This document shows positions 1 through 12,013 of a stretch of DNA of 64,000 bases, one piece after another. Position 1 is the first letter of the stretch. Each line of letters begins with the position of its first letter. A model generated the notes under the pieces. The model did not search any database. It was not told the DNA's origin and saw only the letters and a program-made list of their open reading frames with translations. This stretch comes from Ramazzottius varieornatus (taxonomy: Eukaryota > Animalia > Tardigrada): NCBI GenBank assembly GCA_001949185.1, contig BDGG01000002.1, positions 7,554,448-7,618,447 on the forward strand, read 5' to 3'. Made by a program: the position numbers and the translations under genes.

Positions 1-16
1 ACGTGCGCCACTTGGG
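1..16. repeat. Intronic palindromic element, right arm only (window edge)
   Basis: acgtgcgccacttggg. Confidence 0.7.
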
Positions 17-960
17 AACTATCCGAGGCACATTTTCTTTGTCGAGATCGCACTTACAGTTTTTTTGTGAAGGGAGTTCAGAAGCGTGACCTGCGTCGTG
101 TATAGCTTTTGCAAGTTTGTTCGCCGCTTTGGACAGATTTCTTTGTCGGGGTTGAAACCTGAGAACCGGAAATATTAACACAAGGGAAACGAAGGTCGGG
201 AACGCCGACACGTTTTTCATGAATAAATGAATAGCTTCAATGGTGGCTGCGTGGTAAACTGTCTATAATCATGTCTCATCAGTGGAAGAGTTGTGTTTAG
301 TGTGGGAGCAAGATGATAGAAAGAGATATAGCGTGGCTGGAGGGTACATAAGAACAAGAGCTCGTCGTTTCATCCATGCCTATTTCTCCCAAAGCTGGCC
401 CCGTTTCCTTGTCCTCCCCGCAGCGCACCATATTGTTCTGTCGGCGTGTTCTCCATGACGGATCTGAGCAGCGGGGATGTATGGCTTTGATGGCGGGAAT
501 GTTCGAGGATTATTTAGGCTGGCCATCGATTGGCCGAGACGATTAAGCAGATTGAAGTCATTTGATTGCTGTCGTTGCTCGTCAAGTCCGGCCGAAACGT
601 TGTTCGATGAAAGTAGAACCTTGGGAGAAGCCTTGTTATCATCACACAGCTTATGGCAATAGAATGTCAGTCAGTTTGAAATAGTCAGGGAATTAAATCC
701 GCCCATGCCTCGATGATCGGTTGTGATTCTAGCAAATGCCAAATGGCTTTCATCATCGAGGGAAAACTAACAAACGAACATAAAACGATGTAAAACCGAA
801 GGATGCCCTTTCGAACTGACAGGAAATGAAAGTCATTTTGACGTGAAAATATAGGTCGAACATTTTGTAGAGTTCGCCGGTGTGGGAATCATTGTTGTTG
901 GACGTGTCAGAACTTACCAATTACATGGGTAAAATTAATGTGATTTTCTCTTGTGTATAG

Positions 961-3900
961 ATGACACGACCAATCCAGGTGAAACCCGCGGACAGTGAAA
1001 GTCGGGCAGGTAAGAATAACATCCTTCCACGTAAGAATATTTGAGGATCGAATATCGACACCGGTACCGTATCTAGTATGAAAGCTTCTGGACGGAAATT
1101 GGAATGGTAAATTATGCATCGGCGTGACTGAAATGCATTTCTTTGTGTTTGCAGAGGACCGCAAGCTCTTTGTGGGTATGCTGGGAAAGCAGCAGACGGA
1201 GGAAGATGTGCGAAAGCTTTTTGAGCAATTTGGGTCCATTGAGGAGTGTACCGTGTTACGGAACACGGAAGGAACCAGCCGAGGTAAGCTACCGACTGCG
1301 AGCCAACGCATCTTCCATTAGTCAAGCTGGGAATCTCAAGGGTAACACCGGGACTTTGCTTGATTGTAGGATGTGCATTTGTCAAGTTCTCGACGCCAAG
1401 CGAAGCTCAAGCCTCCATTAACGCCTTAAACGGCATGCAGACCATGCCGGGTGCCTCGTCAAGCTTGGTCGTCAAGATTGCCGATTCCGAGAAGGAGAGG
1501 CAGGTCCGGCGGATGCAGCAAGTCGCCAGCCAGATGGGACTTAACGGCTTGCTGAACCCGCTGACGCTGCTGAACGCCTCAGCGGGAGCCTACGCAGCAC
1601 AAGTAAGTTCCTGGAAGAGTTACATTACAGAACGCTATCAGAGGAACGACACCTTTCTAACCCTGCATGCACTTGATGCTATCATAACCATGGTACTCGG
1701 GTATGCAGGTAGGTGAATAGTGAGTACGATCTGTTTGCCGACCTCTGGCTCACGAAATCTTACTTAAATTCGAAGGGACAGAGCTCAGTCGTTCTGCCAA
1801 CAGACTTCTGCTCGAGTTTTGTCAACAATTGAGCAATGGGCAGAGTANNNNNNNNNNNNNNNNNNNNNNNNNNNNNNNNNNNNNNNNNNNNNNNNNNNNN
1901 NNNNNNNNNNNNNNNNNNNNNNNNNNNNNNNNNNNNNNNNNNNNNNNNNNNNNNNNNNNNNNNNNNNNNNNNNNNNNNNNNNNNNNNNNNNNNNNNNNNN
2001 NNNNNNTATGGAGCGGCAACGGAATAACAATTGCCTTTAATCGGCCAATCAGGATTGCCAAAGAGAGAGATTCTGTGCTCTCATTGGTCGTCTACGGATA
2101 TTCTTTAATTTATGCCCCGCTTCATATGATGTCATCTGGCCGCGCCTTACTGATCTACTCTGCCCACTGCTCAATTGATGTTCAATAATTTACAATTTAT
2201 GAAAAAAATGCCTGGATGGAAGTTTTTGCTTTGGGTTGATGGGCTCTCGTATTGTTCAACGGCTTTATAGTTTCCGTTATAGTTTCCGTTGTATCATCGA
2301 CATGGTTCTAATATTAGGTTATTTTCGCAGCAAGCTGCCTTGTTGGGATTGGGCTCGTCGCCCTTCGGATTAAACCCTGCTGCCCTCAATGGGAATTTAA
2401 ATTCGCAATTTGGCAATTTAAATTCGGCCTCGTTATCGGGTGTCGGTGGAAACCAGGGCTTGTCAAATTCCCTGGTAGCTGCACAGCAATCCATGAACAA
2501 CTTCGGTAACGGCCTGAACTTGACACAGCAGTCGCTGGACGCCCTAGCTCTTCAAGGACACCAATATGCGCCAGGTAGCGGAAAGCGGACGTGGAAAGAG
2601 TCGTTCGGTGTACCTGGTATCGTTTCCGTTCCGTAATCCGTACTTGTTTCTTTGTCAGTTGTAACACCTAAGTTTGCATCCTCCGTGAATGACCTATCGT
2701 TCGTGGATTGCCAGTACCGTAAAAGCGAATGTTCCGAACCCTCCAACACCGTTTTTAATTTTGTACAATATGATCTGGAATGTTTTTCAAACTGAAAGCT
2801 TGGAAGCTTCAAAATCAAACTCGAACATGGAAAACCCGGCACGATCGTTTTTGTCAAGTGGCGCATGATTCCAGCTACTAATACTGGAAATATGCGCCAG
2901 TCGATGCCGAGCGTTCAAACAACGCATGAAATAATTTTTTTGTGAAGTGTGGTTGGTTGAAAAACGGAGGCAAGAATATTTCGTCAACAGTCTCCATATT
3001 GGTAAAATGAAAAAGAATTTCGTTGAGAAGAGGCCGTTGTCTGATTATTTCTCATTGTTTCAGGTGGAAGCGGGATGCACGCTGGTGGTGACAATTTGAA
3101 CCAAAGCTTTCAGCATTCGTTGAATCAGTATCAAGGCATGAACCTGTACTCGGGTGATGCAAACGGTGTGTTTTTTCTCCATTCCTAATTTCCTTTTTCA
3201 TTTGTTGTCGTTGAGGAAGTGCAATGAGCCATTGTTTGTTGTGGACTGCTGTTCCGTACCCGGTTTAGTTCTTGACGACCGTACGGTTATGTGTTGTGGT
3301 AGCGTAGTGTGTGACATGTTGTGCTGATGTGTGTTGTAGGCTTATTCTCTTCGGGAAGCTCGTACGGGCAGATGAGCGGAGCTCGGGCCCTTCCCAACAG
3401 CAATGTCATGTCTTCGTCCTCTGCAGTGGCAGCAGCCGCTCAACAGGTGGCTGCTGCTGCGGCCTACATGAACCCAGGTATTTATCCGTGTTTTTCTTGA
3501 TGTCTTTGTAGCGCTGGCCGCTGCCGCTAGTCGACAGCACTACTTCCCGGTCTGACTGACCGACCAGGAAGCTGATGTGCCGCTCACATCCTTCCCAAAA
3601 TCTTCTTCTTCCTCCTCCTCCTCCTCCTCCTCCTCAACCTCTCCTTGTTATTCTACTGCTACTTCTCACGTGCCACCAGGCTGCTTTTTGAACTCTGCTA
3701 CTGCTACTCCTGCTTATCTAGGGCCTGATGGCTGCAATCTCTTTATATATCACTTACCCCAAGATATGGGCGATCATGAGCTATACGCCCTCTTCATGCA
3801 ATACGGATCTATCCTTAGTGCCAAAGTCTTCATCGACCGTATCACCAATCAAAGCAAATGCTTTGGTATAGTTTACTTTTCACAGAAAACACACGCTTGC

Positions 3901-4222
3901 GCGCGTCTGTCGTTCCGTCTGTCGGTCGCGGTGTCCGTTGGAAGAAACCTAATCGAAGAACCATCAAAGAACTTCAGCTGACTTTCTTCCTCTGTTTACA
4001 GGTTTTGTCAGCTACGACAACACAGCTAGCGCTCAAGCTGCAATTAACGGTAAGAGTTCTTCGCCGATTTGAAGTACGTAATGCGCCAAGAAGTTCACTT
4101 TATGAAACCAATGTAGTGAATGTAACTCTCTCTTTGTAGCTCTCAATGGATACCAAATGGTGAACAAGCGCCTGAAAGTCCAAATGAAAAAGCCCAAAGA
4201 CGGCCATGGCCATATTTTCTAG
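961..4222 (+). CDS. CELF3-6/Bruno-like (unc-75/bru3 type) RRM RNA-binding protein, multi-exon, 5' part outside window
   Basis: Exons give [18 protein letters not shown]2 [10 protein letters not shown]...GCAFVKF...[10 protein letters not shown], and RRM3 [14 protein letters not shown]...SKCFGFVSYD...[16 protein letters not shown] introns; TAG at 4220-4222. Confidence 0.93.
1826..2177. repeat. Inverted repeat pair enclosing the gap (probable foldback/MITE)
   Basis: caattgagcaatgggcagagta (1826-1847) versus tactctgcccactgctcaattg (2156-2177), one mismatch. Confidence 0.7.
1848..2006. other. Assembly gap (N run)
   Basis: 159 N characters. Confidence 1.
2858..2900. repeat. Intronic palindromic element unit
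   Basis: gtggcgcat-N25-atgcgccag, CELF intron. Confidence 0.8.
3601..3635. repeat. (TCT/TCC)n microsatellite in CELF intron
   Basis: Direct trinucleotide run. Confidence 0.9.
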
Positions 4223-4295
4223 AGCATCTACTTGTCCCTCTCAGTTCCAGTGTGACTTATTTTATTCGTAAGTACCGTTCGATCGGGTGTCTTAA

Positions 4296-4338
4296 GTGGC
4301 GCACAGTTTCAGCCAGTATCAATGCGAACGTGCGCCAC
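4296..4338. repeat. Intronic palindromic element unit
   Basis: gtggcgcac-N25-gtgcgccac, putative CELF 3'UTR intron. Confidence 0.85.
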
Positions 4339-5323
4339 TTGACATGTGCAGGGTTGCACACCAGAAGTGATTGTCTTTGGGTGTTGCAGGTTGCATGTTA
4401 ACCCTCTTGTTCACTTTACTCCTCTCTTCACGAAACTCCGGATGCTCAAGATACCCGCAATCAGTGTGTAGTACGCTCTTGAAGCTGTCCAAGCGATGGA
4501 TGGCAGTTTCGGAACCAAAACTCTTGTTGACGGCCTTTTCACCTCTTCCTGAACGTGTTGCCGAAGACGAACTGCACCCGCTAACAGCCAAGCTAAACTT
4601 TCCTTGTCTATTTCCGAGTTTACACACTGAACCTTTCTTGCTGAAAGCCATAACGACGGTTCGTTTCCGCTGGCGCACCCGAAGACCTGCCCGGCACCTT
4701 TTTACTTTTTGTTTTTTACAAAGACACCCAGAGAGTTCTTTATTTATTGGTCTGGTGTGTCGCAGTACGATAGATAATTTTTAAATCTATATATCGTTAT
4801 CGGTATTTCATCTACTGTACTATCGAATTCGAGTTCTTATAGTTTTAGCAGTTCCTTCTTATCTTTCTGCAGCTCCCTATAAAACATTCGCTTGTTGGGT
4901 GACCGCGTAATGTTTGTCCGATAAAGCCTCGGTAAACAAACCTTTGAGCCTGCAGTACCCCGCGCACAATTTGGTCACGGTAAACGGTTCGCAGTGTCGT
5001 TGTCAAAAGTTCCTCTGCACAAGAATGAACATGATGATTCAGTCACCACACTCGCAACGCTGGCAATATTCAGAGAGGAAATGCGTCATTGTAAAGGGAT
5101 GAAACGCGAGCAGATATTGCCAGCGAGGTGACTTCCCGTTCACATCCCGACATTTTTAGTTTGCCTCGCTTCGTGGGGTATTTCAAAGAGCCAACTTCAG
5201 GTTTGCTGGATTTCCTTATTCGCTGCTTGAGAATTCGTTGATTTTTGATCTTTTAAAAAATCTTTCACGGTCTGGTGTGTCCATCAGTCAAGAGCAACAA
5301 GCCGACCTATCTCTACTGCAAAA

Positions 5324-6540
5324 ATGGACTCTCGGCCTCCTGCTTTCAATCCCAACTATCCCGGCCCACCCCAAGTTCCGGGTTACCCTGCAGGAACAAA
5401 ACCAGCATATACCAATCCCTACCCAAACCTACCAGGTTTCAATCAACCAATCTATCCCGATGGAAATGTACATCCTTCCGTCACGCATCCGTCGGTCTCC
5501 GCGCCACCTCCCCCTTACACTTCCGTCACCTCTGTCAACAGCAGTGCTCTACCCCCCGGATATCCTGTTGACACACCGAGCTATCGACCAGTCAATCCTA
5601 CACTTCCTTCCTACACGACACCTCTTTATCAACCTGTGTATCCACCCACCCAGCCATATCCGCCTTATGCAGCTTGGCCAAACATGGGAGTGGCGCCACC
5701 TGCAGGTTTCGTCAACGTTATGCCCGTAATGCCCAGCCAAGCTTGTGGACCCGCTTGCGGACCAGTGTCTGCACCTTATCCGAATCTGCAGTCGTACACT
5801 CCTGGGTTTGTTGGCTTCGTCTTTCAGCCAACACCAGCGGAACTGAAGGCGAGGAAGATGATCGTACAGTACAATACCAGTGCGGACTGTTATGTCCGTC
5901 CGAAGGACTCCAGCAATACCGGCAACTTAGCCGGTAAGAAAATCGTCCCGAAAAACTGCTGTGATTCCTGCAGGATAAGACACATTATTTCATTAGCCAC
6001 AAATAGATTTTTGTAGACTGACAATGCTAACTTTTCAGGGTGGAGTTCGTGCATCTACCAGCAGCGAAATATTTACCGGAAAGAGGAGCATGATTGGCAA
6101 AAGGTTTACCTCGCGCGGGATGTGGGGACCGATTTTGCTAGTATCGAATGGCGCTTTGATTTGTCAAGAGTTGGTGAGAAATATGTCAATCCTACAATTA
6201 TCTTAGCATATTACCATAAATCACAGGATGTTAGTTCACCAGTGGTTCCTTAACTTCAGCACGACGTGTTGGCCAGTTGAAGGTGACGTTCGGGACGAAG
6301 ACCTACAAATCCGGTAGCGTGACGGCCTATGTCATCAGCGACGGCGGACTTCGCCGCGAAATACCCAACAACGTTTCGTCCTTCAAGATCAAGGAAGCTG
6401 ATGGCTGGGAACGTTTCTCTATCATTGCGGAACTTCGGGGAGGGGAAGGAGCCGACGCTTGGCAGCATACACAACTCTTCCGACAGCCGAAAGCCATCAT
6501 GATGAACAATTGCCCATTTCATGTTTCAGTCAAAATATGA
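5324..6540 (+). CDS. Pro/Tyr/Gly-rich N-terminus plus PAW (NGLY1 C-terminal mannose-binding) domain, 3 exons (5324-5933, 6039-6173, 6260-6540)
   Basis: IYRKEEHDWQKVYLAR...IEWRFD and GGEGADAWQHTQLFRQ match the PNGase PAW domain; splice phases are consistent. Confidence 0.85.
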
Positions 6541-6968
6541 TGGTAATATGATTTTTAGTAAAGTATCTTAAGAGTTACGTTTAGTATTCGAGCTACTTTG
6601 TACGAATGCTACTTTGTAAGATTGGTCAACTAATTTCACAGCTTGGAGGGTTCGGCGAAAAGAATAGACATACTGACAGTAAACAAATTTGAACTTAAGA
6701 AAAAATCGAAACGCATGCCTCTGAGTAATACACTCGAATACTGTTAACTACCAAAACCGATTAAAAGAAAGCTTCCCCTGTAAAGGAGATATCTAAATGA
6801 GCAACAGTGATGGAAAAATAGACACACAGATTATCCATCGAACTCGTTTTTGTCGTCCTTCACCTCCTGACCACGGTTCTCAAAATTACTGTTCATGGTA
6901 CAATATATACACGGTGCAATTGATGGTTACGTACCTTAGCAAATACCGGAAAGACCGTTTCCAAATTC

Positions 6969-7240
6969 TCAGGCAACTGTCGACAAATGAACGAGGTGCA
7001 AAGCACAGCCAGCTCGGAAGCGCCGTACGGTTGGGCAATGGGCATATTCCAGCACTTCCACTGCGTCTTTCAGGGCCAGATTGTCAGTTCGTTCCGTGTA
7101 GAAAAATCGGACCAGCGTCCCGAAGACTTCCTTGCTGTTGTTTGCGATGATGACGTCAGCGAGGGTCTTGTCTGCTGCAGGCCGGGGCCCGCCAGGCCCA
7201 TAAAACATCGCGAGAAAAACTTCACTTCCAAAGTTCCCAT
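6969..7240 (-). pseudogene. Degenerate BTB/POZ domain fragment
   Basis: SEVFLAMFYGP...VFGTLVRFFYTE resembles the BTB SxVFxAMFYG and LLxFLYTD motifs; flanks contain stops. Confidence 0.45.
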
Positions 7241-8122
7241 TGGCAACAACAACCCAGGAAGAAAAGAGACTTAAAGTAAGAACCAAAAATCAGGTAGTTG
7301 TCGTCTTCCGATAAAGCCAGCCAGACATTCTGATACTAACATGTGAGCAGGTATTTCTCCTGTAGTTTCAGCTCCCTTCTTGAACTTGAAGACCATATCG
7401 GCTGCAACAGGTCAATTCTTCAACAGGTACTCTCCGCGCTTCCGCATCCGTCCTTGCCATCCCCAGTCCGCGTTTCTAATGATAAGACATGCTTTGACGA
7501 TCCAGATCCGGTCCGTTTATCGCTTCCGGACTTTCGGAGGAAATTACATATACAGAGTATCTTCAAGCAGACATTAATGTCAAAGAGTTGAGCGGAGCTT
7601 CTCGAAACTGGGATGAGGTAGAATTTGTTGTTGAAGTACGTACTACGTACGGTAACACTCAGTAATACTGTAAAGCTTATATAGCCAATTTTATTAGGCT
7701 TAGTGTTTGAATGGCTGTTCAGAACGTGACGTATCAGCACGCCTGACGCCTGTGTAGAGTGACGTACAAAATCTAGTATACGATCGTTTGATCGCTCTGA
7801 CTGATACATGCTGGCAGTCTTTGGACTGGTACGCGAAAGAGCTTTCCATACTGCCGCAAACTGCTGACTCACACAGCAGTCTGGCATGCCTTTCGGGGAT
7901 CTTCGTTTAGTGCAACTTGCCTAAATTGTTGGCAACGTTGTCTGTGCGCTGTGCTTGCCGGCAGAGAAACGTTCGTCGTCGTACAGCACTCGTATGATAC
8001 GGACCATGTACATGCACTCTCGCGGCGGGCACGGCGCCGTTTTGAATTATTAAAAGTGGCTATACTGTAAAGTATTACTATTCGGCACTCTACAGTATCC
8101 TCTGGGCACACAGCGGAGTTCA

Positions 8123-9829
8123 CGAGGGGATTTTTCCAATCCGCCGCCTCTGATCCTCAAACCGACATCACAGGTGAATAGAAAAGAGTTTTCTCTATAG
8201 TCTGAACCGGAAACCTGGTCATATTTCCGTTCCTGGAATAAACTGCAGGAACCGGAAGTTACGTCAAAATTAGGGCGGTACTGTACATTGACCGAGGCAC
8301 AATCAATAAGTTTGACTCATAGTTGATTGGCCAAAATTGATTGTTCCTTCCATCATATGAGCTTGTCGCTGTCGCATGACGCATCTTTTGTTGATTCTCT
8401 CCTCCATAATCTTCCCACAACACTGCGATGTACTCCATCAATCCCTTGAACGTGCTAAAGCTCCTGGAAGAGGAATACAAACTCCGGTATCAACCGGACG
8501 ATGCGCCAAGTGAAGCGGACAAGCAGCTGAAAGACCTTATCAAAGGTAGGTATTTTTCTGAAGGTTCAGTGCAGAAGTAAGAGGTTTTGTTTCACCGGAT
8601 TGTTGGAATATTCTAGATCTTATTGACATCAAAATTGCTCGAAGCGACAGTCCTGTGCTGGAGGTTGAAGAGGACTTGCAGGGGGACCTACAGCTCGACG
8701 GGCTAACGTTCGACGAATTGAAAAGACGGCGGGTGATGCTAACCTGTTGAACGGTAGCGCCGAACGTTATTTCTTCGAAGATGATCGCTTGAACGAGCCC
8801 GTTACAAGTGACACTGAACCTTCGACCCACGAAATATTTGCTCCGCGACTCCCAGATCCAAGAGTTCCGTCAAGCCAAGCTGTCAATCTCGACTACAAGA
8901 AACGTGCTGTCGATTACTGGTGTAACGCTACAGCAAAGAAACGGCGGAGCTTGTCTTCAGTCCGAAACCATTTCACAAAAGTTCGGGACGAACGACAGCC
9001 AAGAGACTGGAAGAAACAGCTAGCTGAAGGCGGGTGCCGATTCGACAAATTGAAAGTCATTCGCTTGGAGACAGCAAAGCAGTACTTCATGGCCAAGCAG
9101 AAGAGACAAGTAGACAAGGATTTGGATCTTCAACGATGGGCGATAACCGCGAATAATGATGTGGATCTACCTGGTTTCACCGCTTCGCCGTACTGGGTGT
9201 CAAAATTCAAACGGTAATTGATATCGTGCAAGAATTTACTTATCGATTTCGGATGTACAAGGGATGTTTCAAAAAGATCTCAAATTTCGTGTTTGTTAAT
9301 GATGTTCCTGTACATGTCCATCATAGGGACGTAATCCTAAAACTTCATTCCTTACTGTATCAGCAGTTTCAGTCACCCAGATTCGAGAACCTAATTGTAC
9401 GTGCCTGGTTCAAGTCGGGATATACGGATGAACGGGTACAGTATGTGAACCCCACAAGCTTCATGTTCAAGAAGCTGAATGGCCGCTGCATTCATAATAA
9501 CTGTAAGAATACTGTCCTTCTGGTCTGTGGGTGGTGCAAAGGTCGCCTCTGTTTTCATCATTTCAATGATGTTCATCATTTCTGTACCATCTACCTGCCT
9601 TAATGTTTTTTTGAATTTTCCACCAGATATCTTTACGAGGACGGAAGTAACAGGTTAACTTGTAGCGCCACCTGTGTTGGAATTTTAACGTAACTTCCGG
9701 TTCCTGCAGTTTATTCCAGGAACGGAAATATGACCAGGTTTCCGGTTCAGACTATAGAGAAAACTCTTCTCTATCCACCTGTGATGTCGGTTTGAGGATC
9801 AGAGGCGGCGGATTGGAAAAATCCCCTCG
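8123..9829 (+). mobile_element. Tc4/Tc5-like (pogo-related) DNA transposon, internally deleted, ~149-bp TIRs, TCA target duplication
   Basis: TIRs 8123-8271 and 9681-9829 start CGAGGGGA. TCA at 8120-8122 and 9830-9832. CENP-B-type HTH remnant (DLQRWA...FTASPYWVSKFKR) and Cys/His-rich C-terminal remnant. Confidence 0.9.
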
Positions 9830-11208
9830 TCAGAAAACAAAAGAAATGGCTCCATCCGTGCCAACTACTCGATTGGCCTTCAGGCACAAACCCGGCCTAC
9901 GTGGTGCGTCATTGGCTGCTCTATCCACTTTCCATCAACCAAAACGCACTTGTAGCTTAGTTCCGCCTTCGCTATGGGATTTGTGCACTGGGATAACTCT
10001 ATAAAACCGGATTGTACGTCAGTTCTTCAAACTCACTTTCCTCCTCATCTTCAGGCTGACGAAATTCATCATGGCGGATCCTAGCAAGGTCATGGAAGCC
10101 GGTCCGGCCAAGGAAGCTTACGATCTTCTGGAGCGAGAATACTACGGGAACAGGACGCTGACTGAGAATGCCGCCGGAGCCTTCGTGACAACGGGTGATC
10201 ACTGCCTCAACTTGTTCGCCACGGTAGTCCGCAGCACTTCCGTCAGCACTCTCCTTCAAGACTTTGTCGGTGCTTGGAACGAAGACCCAAACAAGGCCGT
10301 CAAGTTGCTCTACAACCTACGGGAAATCCGAGGAGGCAAGGGCGAGAAGAAGCTTCCGCTAACTCTGATGTACGCTTTGTCTTGCTGGAAGCCCATGACG
10401 TACCTGGCCAATCTCCAGAATTTCATGGAGGTAGGAACCACCCTTTTTCACAGTGTATCAAAGCTAGACTGTTCGAAGGTGTATTCTGCGAGATTGACCA
10501 TCGAGAAGCACCCGGAAACGGAATTATTCAAGTGGATGACTTTCCCCCTCACCTGTGTACTCGATCCTTATTGTGGATGGGCGATCTGGTGTATGTAGGT
10601 GGATGGTGTATTCATTTTGTTATTTTTCTAGTTGGGTTACAAAGATCTCTTGGTAATCTCCGAGTTGGCCGTCCGATGTGCTCACATTCCCAACTTGAAA
10701 CGATTTCCCCAGTTGGGTGACGGATTAGAACTGGCGTTGATGGCAGCCCAGCTGAACCAGGACGAGTAGGACATGGACGAAGTGATGGAAGGCGAGAAGA
10801 AATTTGTAATTTCGCTGTGCGCCAAGTGGGATCCGACGGAGACGACTCACTACGACCAGTAGCCACTTCGCTTCTCCCGAAAAATCGCCCAGTCCATGGG
10901 CATTAAGAAGAGTGAGTACCGCAAGAAGCTGAGCAAGTTGCGTTAGCACTTGGCCGTCCTGGAGCGCCTGATGTGTCTGGGAAAGTTCGATGAGATCATC
11001 TTCAAGAGTCTGCCCGCCAAGGCGCACCGTCTGCACCGACAAGCCTTCAAGAGAGGTAAGTTTCGTTCTCTTAGTCTTTCTCGGCTACTTATGAGTTCCT
11101 AGATCATCTTCCAAATATTTTTCAGAACTTTTGGAATGATTAATTAAGCTGAACTAAATTTATGACATGAAACACGGGCGAATGAAGTGAACCAAATCGT
11201 TACCTCAA

Positions 11209-11250
11209 GTGGCGCACGTTGCCGTTGTTATTGCTGGAAGTTTGCGTCAG
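11209..11250. repeat. Intronic palindromic element unit
   Basis: gtggcgcac-N24-ttgcgtcag, DUF2828 intron. Confidence 0.7.
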
Positions 11251-11970
11251 GTGGGAAAACGGGCCTGTTTCAACTCATTCGTCCACGACCGGCGTGATAA
11301 AACTGTATTGAGTATCTGACCTACCTGCATGACAGCCGGGAAGGAGACCATCAAGGCATGGGGAACGCAGCCGCACGAACTCATCAAGCCCTATATGGAC
11401 ACCCTATGTGGAAACTGGAAAAGGAAGTTACGGCATGTATGGTCGGTCTGGATATGGCGCCTGTAGTGATTCGGTGGAGGAATTCACCGAAGTGGATGCA
11501 ACCGTCGAAGGTAGCAAACATCTTCCCATCATCGACTTTTCTTTTCATTTTACTTTTCCCAAGCCTTTGGTCGGAGCTGATTTGCCGTTCTTCAGTGGTT
11601 TTTCGTTATTGTATCAATAGGTCAGTGGAAGACTATGGTGGCGGAGCTGGCAAAGACCGGAAGTTTCAAGAACTGCCAAGCAGTGTGCGATGTATCAGCT
11701 TCTATGAGCGGAGAACCGACGGAAGTGGCCGTCGCACTGGGCTTGGTTGTGTCTGAACTGACCGAAGAGCCCTTCCGCAACCAGCTCATCACCTTCAGCC
11801 ATACGCCCAAGCTACATACAATCAAGGGTACCACTCACCGCGATCGAGTGTGCGACGTTATGGAAATGGTATGTCGTTGTCTCCCTTCACCCTTATTTCC
11901 CAGCTATTTGGGACCAAATTATTTGGGACGTTGACAAATAACTTCACCCAGATCTAGAGTGTCTCCTCAA

Positions 11971-12013
11971 GTGGCGCACGATTTCATTACTCTCGGCTGA
12001 GAACCTGCGCGAC
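11971..12013. repeat. Intronic palindromic element unit
   Basis: gtggcgcac-N25-ctgcgcgac, DUF2828 intron. Confidence 0.8.

Noticed and set aside
4319-4784. ORFs of 119-137 aa downstream of CELF, and many antisense ORFs over real genes
   Set aside because: No recognisable motifs; they overlap UTR or are shadows of the coding strand.
10632-11056. Three in-frame TAG codons suggesting stop-codon reassignment or readthrough
   Set aside because: The next exon has frameshifts, and TAG terminates intact genes here (H2A, H2B, H3, H4, CELF). Pseudogenisation is the simpler explanation.
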